Positions 10,501 through 18,397 are shown, counted from the first letter of the stretch. The stretch: 36,303 nucleotides of DNA from Gemmatimonadota bacterium (GCA_031372565.1 JANMLN010000171.1:1-36303), one strand, 5' to 3'. Program-made: numbers and translations. Notes: generated from the letters alone by a model not told the origin.

Positions 10501-13500
10501 ACCTGGCCCACCGCGCTGCAACTCCAGCCGGTGCCGCTCCCCGACGCGAAGCTCAGCCCCGGCGGCAGCGTGGTGGAGTAGGTCAGCGGGGCGGTGGTTG
10601 TCCCCGAGCCCACGTTGCGGATCGTGTTGCGCAGGGTCGCGGGCTGACCCACCACGAATGCGCCGAGCGGCGCCGTGGCGAGCGAGAGGTCCGGGGCGAC
10701 GCCCACCGGCACCGCCGGGGTGGCAGCCGAGTCGTTGACCGCCGCCGGGTCGCCCGGCGTGGCAACCACGGCCGAGTTGGTCACGCTCGGCTGCGCCGCC
10801 GGCAGCACGTTGACGGTGAGCGTCACGACCGAGGAGTCGGCGATGGCGATGGCCGTGGGCGAGGTGCACGTGACCAGCTGCGCGACCGCGCTGCAGGTCC
10901 AGCCCGTGCCGACGCCGCTCGCGAAGGAGAGGCCCGTTGGGAGCGGGTCGGTGATGGTGACCAATGCACTCGTGGCGGCCGACCCGGTGTTGCGGACCAC
11001 CAGGCGATAGGTGGCCGTCGCACCCACCACGAAGCTCCCGACCGCCGTCTTGGTCATGGACAGGTCGGGGGCGGTGGTCACGGGGATGGACGGCGTGGCC
11101 GACGTGTTGTTGGCGCCCACCGGATCACCCGGCGTGGTGACCGTGGCCGAGTTGATGACGCTGGGCAGGGCGCCCGCCAGCACGTTCACGGTGAGCGTCA
11201 CGACCGATGAGTCTGCCGGCAGGATGGGGCCGGCGTTGGTGCAGGTGACCGCCTGCGCCACCGCGCCACAGCTCCACCCGGTGCCCGTGCCCGACACAAA
11301 GGCGAGCCCGGTGGGCAGCGTGTCGGTGAGAGTCACGGCGCCCGTGGTGCTCCCGGAGCCCATGTTGCGCGCGACGATGCGGAACGTGGCCGGTCGCCCG
11401 ACGATGAACGCGCCGACTCCCGCCTTGCCCAGCACCAGGTCTGGCGCCACGCCGATGTTGCCCAGCGGCGCGCTCCCCGAGTTGTTGCTCGCGTTGGGAT
11501 CGCCGGTGGCCGACACCCACGCGCGGTTGGCCAGGGTGCCCGTGGCGTTCGCGGCCACGAGCGTGGTCAGCGTGATCGCCACCGAGTCGCCCACCAGGAG
11601 CGGCGTGGCGCGCGTGCACGTCACCACTTGGCCGCTCACGCCGCAGGTGAAGCCGCCACCCGATCCGAACACGAACGAGAGCACGGTCGCCAGCGTGTCG
11701 GTGACCGTGACCGTGCCGGTGGTCGCGGCGGACCCGAGGTTCTGCACCGAGAGCGTGTAGACCTGATTCTGCCCGGCCACCGGGTTGGTCGAGCCGGCCT
11801 TGAGCAGGCGCAGGTCGGGGGCCGTGGTCACCGGCGACGTGGCCGTGCCCATGTCGTTCGTGGCGTTCGGGTCGCCCGCCGTCTGCCCCCAGGCCCGGTT
11901 GGTGGTGCTCGGCAGCGCCGGCGCGCCCACCGTCACGGACACGGTGACGACATCGGAGTCGCCCGGAGCGAGTGGTGGCGGCCGCTTGCAACTCACGACG
12001 CCGGCGGCGGCGCTGCAGGCGTACGCGCCGCCCGAGGCGCTCACGAAGGTCATGCCGGCCGGGAGCGTGTCCACCACGCGCACCGAGTCGGACGTGGCCA
12101 GCGAGCCCACGTTCTTCACCACCAGCTGCCACGACGCGGGCTGCCCCACAATGAAGGCGCCGGTGGCCGCCTTGGTGAGCTGCACGTCGGGAGCGCCACT
12201 CACCGGAGTGCCGGCCAGCGTGGTGCTGTTGTTGCCGCCGTTGGTGTCGTTCGGCGTGGTCACGGTCGCCGTGTTGCTCACGGTGGAGGCCGCCGACGGA
12301 TCCACGAGCACGGTGAGCGTCAGCACGCCCGAACCAGCGGCCGCGATCGGGCCGCTCGAGGTGCACGTCACCGTCTGGCCGGCGACAATGGTCCCGGTCG
12401 CGCTGCAGCTCCAACCGGTGCCGCTCGCGGAGACATATCCGATCCCCGGCGCGAGGTTGTCCACGACGGTGATCGTGCCCGTGGTGGCGCCCGTGCCGAT
12501 GTTGTTCACCGTGAGCTGGTAGCTCGCCGGTTGCGAGCGCACAAACGGAGTGAGGGCGATCTTGCTGACCGTGAGGTCGGGGGCGACCACCGCGAGCGTG
12601 GAGGTGACGCCGCGATCGTTGGTCGCGTTGGCGTCGCCGACGGTGCTCACGGTGGCGGCGTTGGTCACCGAGCCGAGCGCGGCGGCGGTCACGTTGGCGG
12701 TCAGCGAGAGGATCACGTCAAGTCCGGCCGTGATGGCGGGCTGCGTGGGCGGCGCCGGGCGCACGCACTGCACGATGTCGCGCGCGGGCGCGGGCGTCGT
12801 GCCGATCACGCTGCACGTGAAGGTCGCGCCCACGTCACCGCCGCTCACGAACGTCATCCCCTCCGGCAGGGTGTCGGTGACGGTCACGGCGCCGGTATTG
12901 CCCCCGGTGAGCGGCGGCACCGGCGAGACGTTGGACAGCGTGATCGTGAACGTCGTCTGGCTGCCCACGTTGATGGGACCACTCCCCGTCTTGCCCAGCG
13001 CGAAGTCGGGCACCGAGGTCACCGGGAGCGGCGCCGTCACCGCGGTGTCGTTCGCGAAGATGAAGTCGCCCGGCGTGGACACCGACACGATGTTGCGAAC
13101 GGTCGGGAAGGCGGTGAGCCCCACCGCGGCCGCGATCGGAAAGGAGACCGCCGCACCCGAGGCGATCGGGCCCGCGCTGGTGCAGGTCACGATCTGTGCC
13201 ACGGCCGAGCAGCTGAAGCCGCTGCCCCCCGAGCCGCCGGCCGAGTAGGTGAGCCCCACCGGCAGCGAGTCGCGCACGGTGATGGCGCCGGTGGTCGGGC
13301 CCGCCGACACGTTGGTGACGCTGATGTTGAACGTCGCCGTGTTGTTCACGATGATCGCGCCCGCCGGCGCCTTCGCCACGGTGAGGTCGGGAATGGACGA
13401 CACCGTCACCGGCCCCGTCTGGAAGGTGTCGTTGGTGGGATTCAGGTCGCCCGGCGCGCTGACCGTCACCCGGTTCACCTGGCTCGGCAGCGCCGACACC

Positions 13501-16500
13501 GTCACGTCCACGAACAGCGGGAAGGTGACGAGCGTGTTCGCCGCGATCGCGGTGGCGCGCGTGCAGGTGACGATGTCGCGGCCCGAGAAGGTCCCCGTCA
13601 CCGAGCAGGCGAAGCCGTTGCCGCCGGAGCCGGTGACGCGGTACGCCATGCCCGTGGGCAGCGTGTCGGTCACGGTGATCGGGCCCGGTTGGTTCCCGGG
13701 CGAGACGTTCTGCACGCGGATCGTCCAGCTGGCCGGACGGCCGACGACGAAGAGCGAGTCGGGCGCCTTGGAGATCGCGATGTCGGGCGAGGCGATGACC
13801 GCCGTGGGTGCGTCACTGCCGAAGTCGTTCGCCGGGTTCGGGTCGCCAGGCGTGCTCACCCGCACCGTGTTCGTCACGCTCGGTAGCGCCAGCGCCGTCA
13901 CGTTCACCACGAGGGCGATGGACACCGTGCCGCCCGCGGCGATGGGGCCCGCGCTGGTGCAGGTGACCACTTGGCCGAGAGCGCCGCAGGTGAACCCCGT
14001 GCCGATGCCGCTGCTGAAGCCGAGCCCGGCGGGCAGGGTGTCGGTCACCGTGATGGTGCCGGTGGTGGACGACGAGCCCACGTTGTCCACCTGCAGGGTG
14101 TAGGTGCCGGTGAAGCCCGTCACGAACGACCCGCTGTGCGACTTGAAGACGGCGAGATCCGGCGTGCCGATCACCGGCGTGGGGTCGGTGGCGCGATTGT
14201 TGGCCGTGCTCGACTCCCCGGGGGTGCTCACGCGCGCCACGTTCGTGGCGGTGCCGATCGCGCCGGCCGCCGGCGTCACCTGGATGCCGAGCGTGCTGTT
14301 GCCGCCGGCCGGAATGGGGCCGGCGTTGGTGCAGCTCACCACCTGCCCGGTGGCCACCACGCCCGTCGTGGTGCAGCTCCATCCGCCCCCGGTGGTGCCG
14401 ACGAACGCGACGTTCGCCGGGAGCGAGTCCACGAGGGTCACCACACCGGTGGTGGCGGAAGTGCCGGCGTTGGTGACCGTGAGGTTCCACGTCCCCGGCT
14501 GCCCCACCACGAAGCTCGACGGCGTGTGCGTCTTGGCAATGGTGAGGTCGGGGCGCTGGACCGTGCGCGCCGGCGCGGACCCGGTGTCGTTCGACGGATT
14601 CAGGTCACCGGGCGTGGCTGACACGACCTGATTCGTCACCGTCGCCGCAGCCGTCGAATCCACGCTCACGGTGAGCGTCACCTGGGCCGAGTCGCCGGCG
14701 GCAAGCACCGGCGCCGCCGGTCGCGTGCAGCTCACGTTCTGAGCGACCGCGCTGCAGCTGAAGCCGCCCCCCGTGCCGGAGACGAAGGTGAGGCCCGTGG
14801 CGAGCGCGTCGGTGAGGGTGATGACCCCCGTGGTCGGTCCCGGCGACACGTTCACCACGGTGAGCAGATAGCTCCCGGTGCCGCCCACGGCAAAGGCGCC
14901 ACTGAACGACTTCCGCACGGTGAGGTCGGGCACGCTCACCACGCCGATGGGTCCCGCGAAGCCGCTGTTGTTGGCGGGGTTCTGATCGCCCGGCGTGGAC
15001 ACCCACGCGCGGTTGGCGACGCTCGGGATGGCCGCGGCGGTGGGGGTCACCGTGAGCACGATGGACGCCGAGCCGCCGGGTCCGATCGGCCCCGGACTGG
15101 TGCAGGTGACCACGGGGGCGCTGAACGAACAGCTGAACCCGCCGCCCGCCGCAGAGCCGAAGGTGAGCGAGGCGGGCAGCGTGTCGGTGACGGTGATGAC
15201 GCCCGAGGTCGCGGCGCTGCCGGTGTTCTGCACCGCAAGCGTGAAGGTGCCCGCAACCCCCACCGCGAGCGTCCCGCTCGCCGTCTTGGTCAGCCCGAGG
15301 TCGGGGACGCCGAGCACGGGAGTGGCCGTCACGCGCGCGGTGTCGTTGGTCGCGTTCAGGTCGCCCGGCGTGGTGCCACGCGCCAGGTTGTTCACTGCCG
15401 GCAGCGCCGCGCCGCCAACAGCCACCGTGAGCACGATCGTGGCGGAGCCGCTCTGCGCCAGTGCCGGTACCGCCGGTCGCGTGCAGGTGACGAGCGGCGC
15501 CGCCGACACGCAGCTGAAGCCGCCCCCCGCGGCCGACACGAAGGTGAGGCCCGTCGAGAGCGTGTCCACCACGGTGATGGTGCCGGTGGTGGCCGAGCCG
15601 CCCACGTTGGTCACGGCGATGTCGTAGGTGGCGTTGGCCCCGATGCTGAAGGTGCTCGACGCCGTCTTCACCAGCTGGATGTCCACCGCGCCCACCACGG
15701 GCACCGCCGGCGACGACGCGACGTTGTTGCCCGCATTGGGGTCGAGCGGCGTGGACACGCGCGCGCGATTGGTGACCGCGGGCGCTGCGGCGGCCAGCAC
15801 GTTCACCGTGAGTGTCACGACCACGGAGTCGCCGACGGCCACCGGCGTACCTGCCGGGCGGAAGCAACTCACGACCTGGCCGGTGTTGGCGCAGGTGAAG
15901 CCGCCTCCCGTGGCGCCGGCGAAGGTGAGCCCCGTCGGCAGCGTGTCGAGCATGCGCATGCTGTCGGCGGCTGCGGCCGAGCCCACGTTCTTCGCCACGA
16001 GCGAGAAGGTGGCCGTGGACCCGATCACGAACGGCGAACCGGTGGTCCCCTTGGCCATCTGCAGGTCGGGCACGCCGATGGTCACCGTGAGGTCGCTGGC
16101 CAGGTTGTTGCCCGGCGTGTTGTCGCCGCCGCCGGAGACGCGCGCCCGGTTGGTGAAGCTGGCCGGCGCGCCGGTGGGGACGGTGACGTTCAGGGTGATG
16201 GGCGCCGCCGCCGCGGAGGCCGCGAGGCCGCCGCTCAGCGTGCACTGCACCACCTGCCCCGTGATCGTGCAGCTCCAGCCGGTGCCGCTGGCCGAGGTCG
16301 GGACGATGGGCGCCGGCACGGTGTCGAGCACCACGATCGGCGCGGCCGTGGTCCCGCCGTTGCCGACGTTGGTGACGGTGAGCGTGTAGGCCCCGGTGCC
16401 GCCGCGCGAGAAGTCGGCGGGGTGAGTCTTGGTGATCGTGAGGTTGGGACCCGCCACGGGCGAGAGGGTCGGCGGGGTGCCACCGCCGCTCGTCAGCGAA

Positions 16501-18026
16501 TCCCGGCTCTTGGCATTGATCGGCGTGCCGAGCGTCTGCGAGATGCCGGTGACGACCGCCTGGTTGGTGATGATGAAGCCGGCCGGGATCGTGTCGCCGA
16601 CGACGACGCGAAACTGGACTGCCGTGGTGGCCCCGGGGGCGAGCGTCCCGCCAGTGGCGCCATTCGCACCGGTGCCGAGGCGGAACACCACGCGCGGCGT
16701 GCCGGTGGACTGATACTCCCCCTGATCGTCGGCGAGTGGGTCGGTCTTCACCCCCGCGTTCGCCCCGTTCACCACGCGCAGCGTGCCCGTGGCGTACGTG
16801 GTGCCGGTCGGGATCGTGTCGATGAGGACGGAACTGAGGGCGCCGTCCTGCCCGGAGTTGGCCACCGTCATGTAGTAGAGCAGCGTGTCGCCGGGCGAGA
16901 GCAGCCCGCCGTTCACGTCGGTCACGAGCTTGACGACGTTGCCGTTGATGACCGGGTTGAACAGGTCGACGAGGAAGGTGAGCACGCCGGGGAGGTACTG
17001 GTCGCCCGAGGTCGTGAAGGAGATCGTCGCACTGGTGGCCCCGGCGGGCACGGCCGCGGTCTTCACCTGCTTGGCGTCCACCCCCATCTGGTTGGTGAAC
17101 GCCGGGTTCTGGCCCGCCGTCACGTACACGCCCGTGTCGGCGATGGTGGAGTTGAAGAAGTCGCCGGCCAGTGAATTCACGTCGGCGAGGTCGGTGCCGT
17201 TGACGCGCATGCGGTCACCGGTGAAGCCGGTGCCGCGGTCCCCTTCCCACGAGACCACGCCGACGCGCGTGGTGGGGGTGCCGAGCGCGGGGGTGAGGAA
17301 GCCCGACACGGTGGTGTTCACGGTGGACCCGCCCTGGATGTTCCCGAAGCCGTCGAACACCGTGAGGTTGCGGAGCGGCCTCGATCCGTCGCGCAGCACC
17401 ACCACCAGCGACCAGCCGGCATAGTCGTTGCCGGCGGCGGTGTTGATGTTCGCCTGCACGTTGCCCACCGAGTAGCTGCCCGAGCCGCCGGCCTGCACCA
17501 GCGACGTGACGTTCACGAACCCCTGGTACTCGGTGCCCGTGCCGTTCGCGTCGAGCGTCGAGGCGGTGACGGTGATGTAGCCGGGGGTGGCGGGGGTGCG
17601 GAACTGCACCTGGCCGCGCTGCGCACTGGTCGAGCGCGCGCTCCAGTAGAGGCCGGCCCACAACACGCTGGCCCCGGTGGGGACGTTCAGCGACGAGACA
17701 CTCGAGTTGAACGTGGCGGGATTGCCGTCCACGTCCACGTACTGCATGCGGTAGTTGTTGTTGACGCCCTGGTTGAGCGACACGGTGCCCGACTGCGCCT
17801 GGGCACAGGTGAGGGCGCCTGCCGTGGAGCCCGTGGCGAGCGTGTTGCTGCAGGTGGCCAGCGTGTTGCCGCGGATGACGATGTCGCCGGCATCGTTGAC
17901 GGAGAACCGCGTCGTGTACGCGCGGCGCACCTGGGCTTCGGCGGCGGAGGTCGCGATCATGAGACCAACGCCAGCGAGGATGGCGCGCGCGACAACAGAC
18001 CCCGCGCGACGGAGGCGGGGCATCAC
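4512..18026 (-). CDS. Giant secreted DUF11-repeat surface protein/adhesin (4,504 aa) with C-terminal predicted outer-membrane beta-barrel region
   Basis: Uninterrupted ORF (GTG 18026 or ATG 18023). Sec signal ending 'AAEA|Q'. Head domain with WAGLYW / GWSLVVV / FDGF / EGD / FFNSTI motifs. 23 repeats of 'PDLxxxK...N.G...D(T/S)LP...N.A.V'. SdrD-B-like domain, Pro/Ala linker and Ig-like domain, then ~820 aa with amphipathic beta-strand pattern ending 'GAYLDFAFKFDE'. Confidence 0.92.
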   Translation of the reverse strand: MMPRLRRAGSVVARAILAGVGLMIATSAAEAQVRRAYTTRFSVNDAGDIVIRGNTLATCSNTLATGSTAGALTCAQAQSGTVSLNQGVNNNYRMQYVDVDGNPATFNSSVSSLNVPTGASVLWAGLYWSARSTSAQRGQVQFRTPATPGYITVTASTLDANGTGTEYQGFVNVTSLVQAGGSGSYSVGNVQANINTAAGNDYAGWSLVVVLRDGSRPLRNLTVFDGFGNIQGGSTVNTTVSGFLTPALGTPTTRVGVVSWEGDRGTGFTGDRMRVNGTDLADVNSLAGDFFNSTIADTGVYVTAGQNPAFTNQMGVDAKQVKTAAVPAGATSATISFTTSGDQYLPGVLTFLVDLFNPVINGNVVKLVTDVNGGLLSPGDTLLYYMTVANSGQDGALSSVLIDTIPTGTTYATGTLRVVNGANAGVKTDPLADDQGEYQSTGTPRVVFRLGTGANGATGGTLAPGATTAVQFRVVVGDTIPAGFIITNQAVVTGISQTLGTPINAKSRDSLTSGGGTPPTLSPVAGPNLTITKTHPADFSRGGTGAYTLTVTNVGNGGTTAAPIVVLDTVPAPIVPTSASGTGWSCTITGQVVQCTLSGGLAASAAAAPITLNVTVPTGAPASFTNRARVSGGGDNTPGNNLASDLTVTIGVPDLQMAKGTTGSPFVIGSTATFSLVAKNVGSAAAADSMRMLDTLPTGLTFAGATGGGFTCANTGQVVSCFRPAGTPVAVGDSVVVTLTVNVLAAAAPAVTNRARVSTPLDPNAGNNVASSPAVPVVGAVDIQLVKTASSTFSIGANATYDIAVTNVGGSATTGTITVVDTLSTGLTFVSAAGGGFSCVSAAPLVTCTRPAVPALAQSGSATIVLTVAVGGAALPAVNNLARGTTPGDLNATNDTARVTATPVLGVPDLGLTKTASGTLAVGVAGTFTLAVQNTGSAATSGVITVTDTLPASLTFGSAAGGGFSCSFSAPVVTCTSPGPIGPGGSASIVLTVTPTAAAIPSVANRAWVSTPGDQNPANNSGFAGPIGVVSVPDLTVRKSFSGAFAVGGTGSYLLTVVNVSPGPTTGVITLTDALATGLTFVSGTGGGFSCSAVAQNVSCTRPAAPVLAAGDSAQVTLTVSVDSTAAATVTNQVVSATPGDLNPSNDTGSAPARTVQRPDLTIAKTHTPSSFVVGQPGTWNLTVTNAGTSATTGVVTLVDSLPANVAFVGTTGGGWSCTTTGVVATGQVVSCTNAGPIPAGGNSTLGIQVTPAAGAIGTATNVARVSTPGESSTANNRATDPTPVIGTPDLAVFKSHSGSFVTGFTGTYTLQVDNVGSSSTTGTITVTDTLPAGLGFSSGIGTGFTCGALGQVVTCTSAGPIAAGGTVSIALVVNVTALALPSVTNTVRVSTPGDPNPANDFGSDAPTAVIASPDIAISKAPDSLFVVGRPASWTIRVQNVSPGNQPGPITVTDTLPTGMAYRVTGSGGNGFACSVTGTFSGRDIVTCTRATAIAANTLVTFPLFVDVTVSALPSQVNRVTVSAPGDLNPTNDTFQTGPVTVSSIPDLTVAKAPAGAIIVNNTATFNISVTNVSAGPTTGAITVRDSLPVGLTYSAGGSGGSGFSCSAVAQIVTCTSAGPIASGAAVSFPIAAAVGLTAFPTVRNIVSVSTPGDFIFANDTAVTAPLPVTSVPDFALGKTGSGPINVGSQTTFTITLSNVSPVPPLTGGNTGAVTVTDTLPEGMTFVSGGDVGATFTCSVIGTTPAPARDIVQCVRPAPPTQPAITAGLDVILSLTANVTAAALGSVTNAATVSTVGDANATNDRGVTSTLAVVAPDLTVSKIALTPFVRSQPASYQLTVNNIGTGATTGTITVVDNLAPGIGYVSASGTGWSCSATGTIVAGQTVTCTSSGPIAAAGSGVLTLTVLVDPSAASTVSNTATVTTPNDTNGGNNSTTLAGTPVSGAPDVQLTKAATGAFIVGQPASWQLVVKNVGSLATSDSVRVVDTLPAGMTFVSASGGAYACSAAAGVVSCKRPPPLAPGDSDVVTVSVTVGAPALPSTTNRAWGQTAGDPNATNDMGTATSPVTTAPDLRLLKAGSTNPVAGQNQVYTLSVQNLGSAATTGTVTVTDTLATVLSFVFGSGGGFTCGVSGQVVTCTRATPLLVGDSVAITLTTLVAANATGTLANRAWVSATGDPNASNNSGSAPLGNIGVAPDLVLGKAGVGAFIVGRPATFRIVARNMGSGSTTGAVTLTDTLPTGLAFVSGTGTGWSCGAVAQAVTCTNAGPILPADSSVVTLTVNVLAGALPSVINSATVTTPGDPVGANNTSATPSIPVTTAPDLSMTKTAVGSFVVGATATYRLVVRNTGSAATSALVTITDPLPTGLSFASGVGTGWTCSAVAQLVTCTSPTAIAIADSSVVTLTVNVLPAAQPSVTNSAVVATPGDPAAVNDSAATPAVPVGVAPDLSLATAPLGAFVVGQPATLRNTIRNVGSGTTTAPLTYSTTLPPGLSFASGSGTGWSCSAVGQVVTCTNPGPLVPGDSSFVNISVNVLPGALPSVIVSGTVTTPGDVNATNNTATTPAIGVTVVPDLAMTKTALAASYAVGDTASFRLRVSNGGSGPTTGAVTLTDTLPTALVFLSAQPSTFSCSAAGSVVSCARAAVLVAGDTASVVVRAIVGVGTPASIVNRAWASTPGDLVPANDSASSAPVTISAAPNVQLVKRAIGAFAVGRTAQFQFVVRNVATIATSGVTALLDTLPAGLTFVSATGAGWSCAAPGAATVVTCTQPAPIAGLDSSLVTVTVNVAAAALPSVTNAARVSTPGETVTGDNAGTTGAVPVAATPDLRLTKAAVGAFGVGTAASYTLTVQNIGTGATTDTIRVTDSLPASLAFVSATGPSFACTASAGVVSCLRTVPLAAGASAVVTLAVTPGVTAVPAVSNIARVLTPGDVGSGNDRDSVRTVVTGQVNVAVAKTGGDTLNVGTSATYTLTVTNVGSLPAPAGFIVVDSLPTGLTFQSAAGAGFGCAAAGAVVTCTSTAALALGASTPITLTALVSKAAFPGVTNRVAASVAGDVDTTNNRASKASVVRGVVDLDLLKTAVGAQFTSGIDNDFIFRVANRGNVPTQGTVTVVDTLPAGLTFTSGTGAGWTCAVAGVVVTCSTGTPIADGDSVLVTMKVRAAANLNGAITNCAVGAAALDANTANNRSCATVSVVGDFRLFIQKVSRSPVVEVGGVNDYTVTVKNIGRSPVPNVQINDLLPAGFLYQLGTSRLEGVAFADPSGGAGPALTWPLGTLNPGDEKHVSYRVKIGANIRAGTSVNRATASSGTLVVQANNAAAAVIVRRGVFSDRGVIVGKVFASCDCADERMQTQGELGIPGVRVYLEDGTSAITDGEGKYNFWDVSSGMHVVKVDATTLPVGARLVVTSNRNALDAASRFVDVKGGELGKADFATANDAQVLLAVRERRRKSEPEAAIIPQKPDSTRAVDWSNADSIRAAMPPVAPTSAGAPIAAGVTPPTAPPASGGVPVREAAPTMPVVEGDLSRMEGAAPMGGTEAPTAVPVLSAAAPIAAPILSDATSNLPATPLRAAQLMPGTRTSAGRVELGLTGTAYPADGTSAIPVVVKLFDAKGNKLTGRVPVTLEASLGRWLVGDVDRTDQGAQVVVTDGEGMFKLLVPGQPGRGEIRVTSPNAQSALPITFTPANRALVVAGLVTGRIDLAAFSGGSLVTSAPDEAFESRLTAWSFSQDSGKVRGGLRAALFAKGTVLGDKLLTLGFDSERDPNRTQFRDIQPDEMFPTYGDGSLREFDGQSQRRLYARIDDGASYYRFGDFATARSDERRLLGSWDRSLNGIQLHQEGARGLANVYAARGTISQVIDELPGRGISGPYFLSRQNAVINSERVEILTRDRNQPALILQSRPMTRFADYTVEPFTGRLLFRAPVASLDANLNPVSIRVTYEVDQGGIAYNTYGADGAVKLGDRVEVGGVAVLDENPLDSLKLFGANASIRFADRTVGIVEVAQATGMAGQDGRAGRFELRHAQDGFEARVYGTRAGIGFANRSATFGTGRQELGARATLAMTKELRLLAEAIETEDLRTGGKRDGALVTLERSFGTMIRAELGLRWAKETGVASAATTGLLVPPSFSAFRAKVTSRLPGSDRSSVFGELERDMGGSATRASLGGEYVIASRARAYARHEWIDGYAGPYGLTSSQTQQNTVFGIDADYMKNAQIFSEYRERDAINGRDAEASIGLRNRWALGPGLLVNTSLERVAPLVGAGLGNATAVTGAIEYTRPATTKVTSRAEWRRQNGQDGYLFSAGIAQKLSRDWTLLTRGLFDQQGTLGDRLRAHFGVAWRETDENRWNGLLRYELRRENQTPVGLPATGFDAHIVAGLLNYQANARLVLSGRLAAKYATDRSEGFVTTSDAQLLMARAIYDLTPRWDAGLIGSVLFNDGGAARKYGLGAEVGRIILTNLRLAVGYNMWGYRDRDLSSFGFTMKGAYLDFAFKFDESLFGRGASAPAVAGSK
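8045..16960 (-). repeat. Tandem array of 23 DUF11 (TIGR01451-like) Ig-fold protein repeats, about 125-145 aa each
   Basis: Counted by eye in the translation. Repeats 2-22 (from 16448) share PDLxxxK, DTLP, (W/F)xC...VxC, NxAxV and GDxNxxN(N/D). Repeats 1 and 23 are Cys-free variants. Units are divergent at the DNA level. Boundaries approximate. Confidence 0.88.
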
Positions 18027-18195
18027 GTGGGGGAGGAGGCGCTCGAGCGCGCCAGAAGTGCTGCGGGCGGGACGGAAAATCGGCAGAGGGGCGGGTACGA
18101 GCAGGCGCGGGCCTCGTCAACGAGGATCGTGCGGCTCGGCACCGCGGCGATGACGGGCAACCGGGCCGCCGACTGGTCAGAACAGGCGCGGAAGC

Positions 18196-18201
18196 AAAGT
18201 A
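18196..18201 (-). promoter_or_regulatory. Candidate -10 box (TACTTT) for the giant adhesin/OmpA unit
   Basis: Sits in a locally AT-rich patch of the 414-bp intergenic region and fits TANNNT. Would give a leader of about 160 nt. No well-spaced -35 element. Confidence 0.35.
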
Positions 18202-18397
18202 ATGACGTTCGGTGAACCCGATTCGCAACGCCCGCGTTCCCGCGAGCGCCGCGCTCGAGCGCCCGGTGCACGGCCCGCGCATACCGCATGAAGTTCGCCC
18301 CCGCCCATGGAGGCCGGGCGAAGGACTCCCGCGGCGCTGTCACGCCATTGGAAGCGCGGCGCGTCGGGGGTTTGGCTTATGCGAAGGGCGAGGGCAC

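Noticed and set aside
6528..11210. 1,560-aa plus-strand ORF and other long overlapping ORFs across 4.5-18 kb (e.g. 7972-10869 minus, 11628-13886 plus)
   Set aside because: Antisense or off-frame shadows of the giant gene caused by high-GC codon bias. They are Arg/Gly/His-rich with no recognisable motifs.
18027..18396. c-di-GMP or other known riboswitch ahead of the adhesin
   Set aside because: I could not find the GCAAA/GNRA-receptor architecture or any other recognisable aptamer consensus by eye. A covariance-model scan is still needed.
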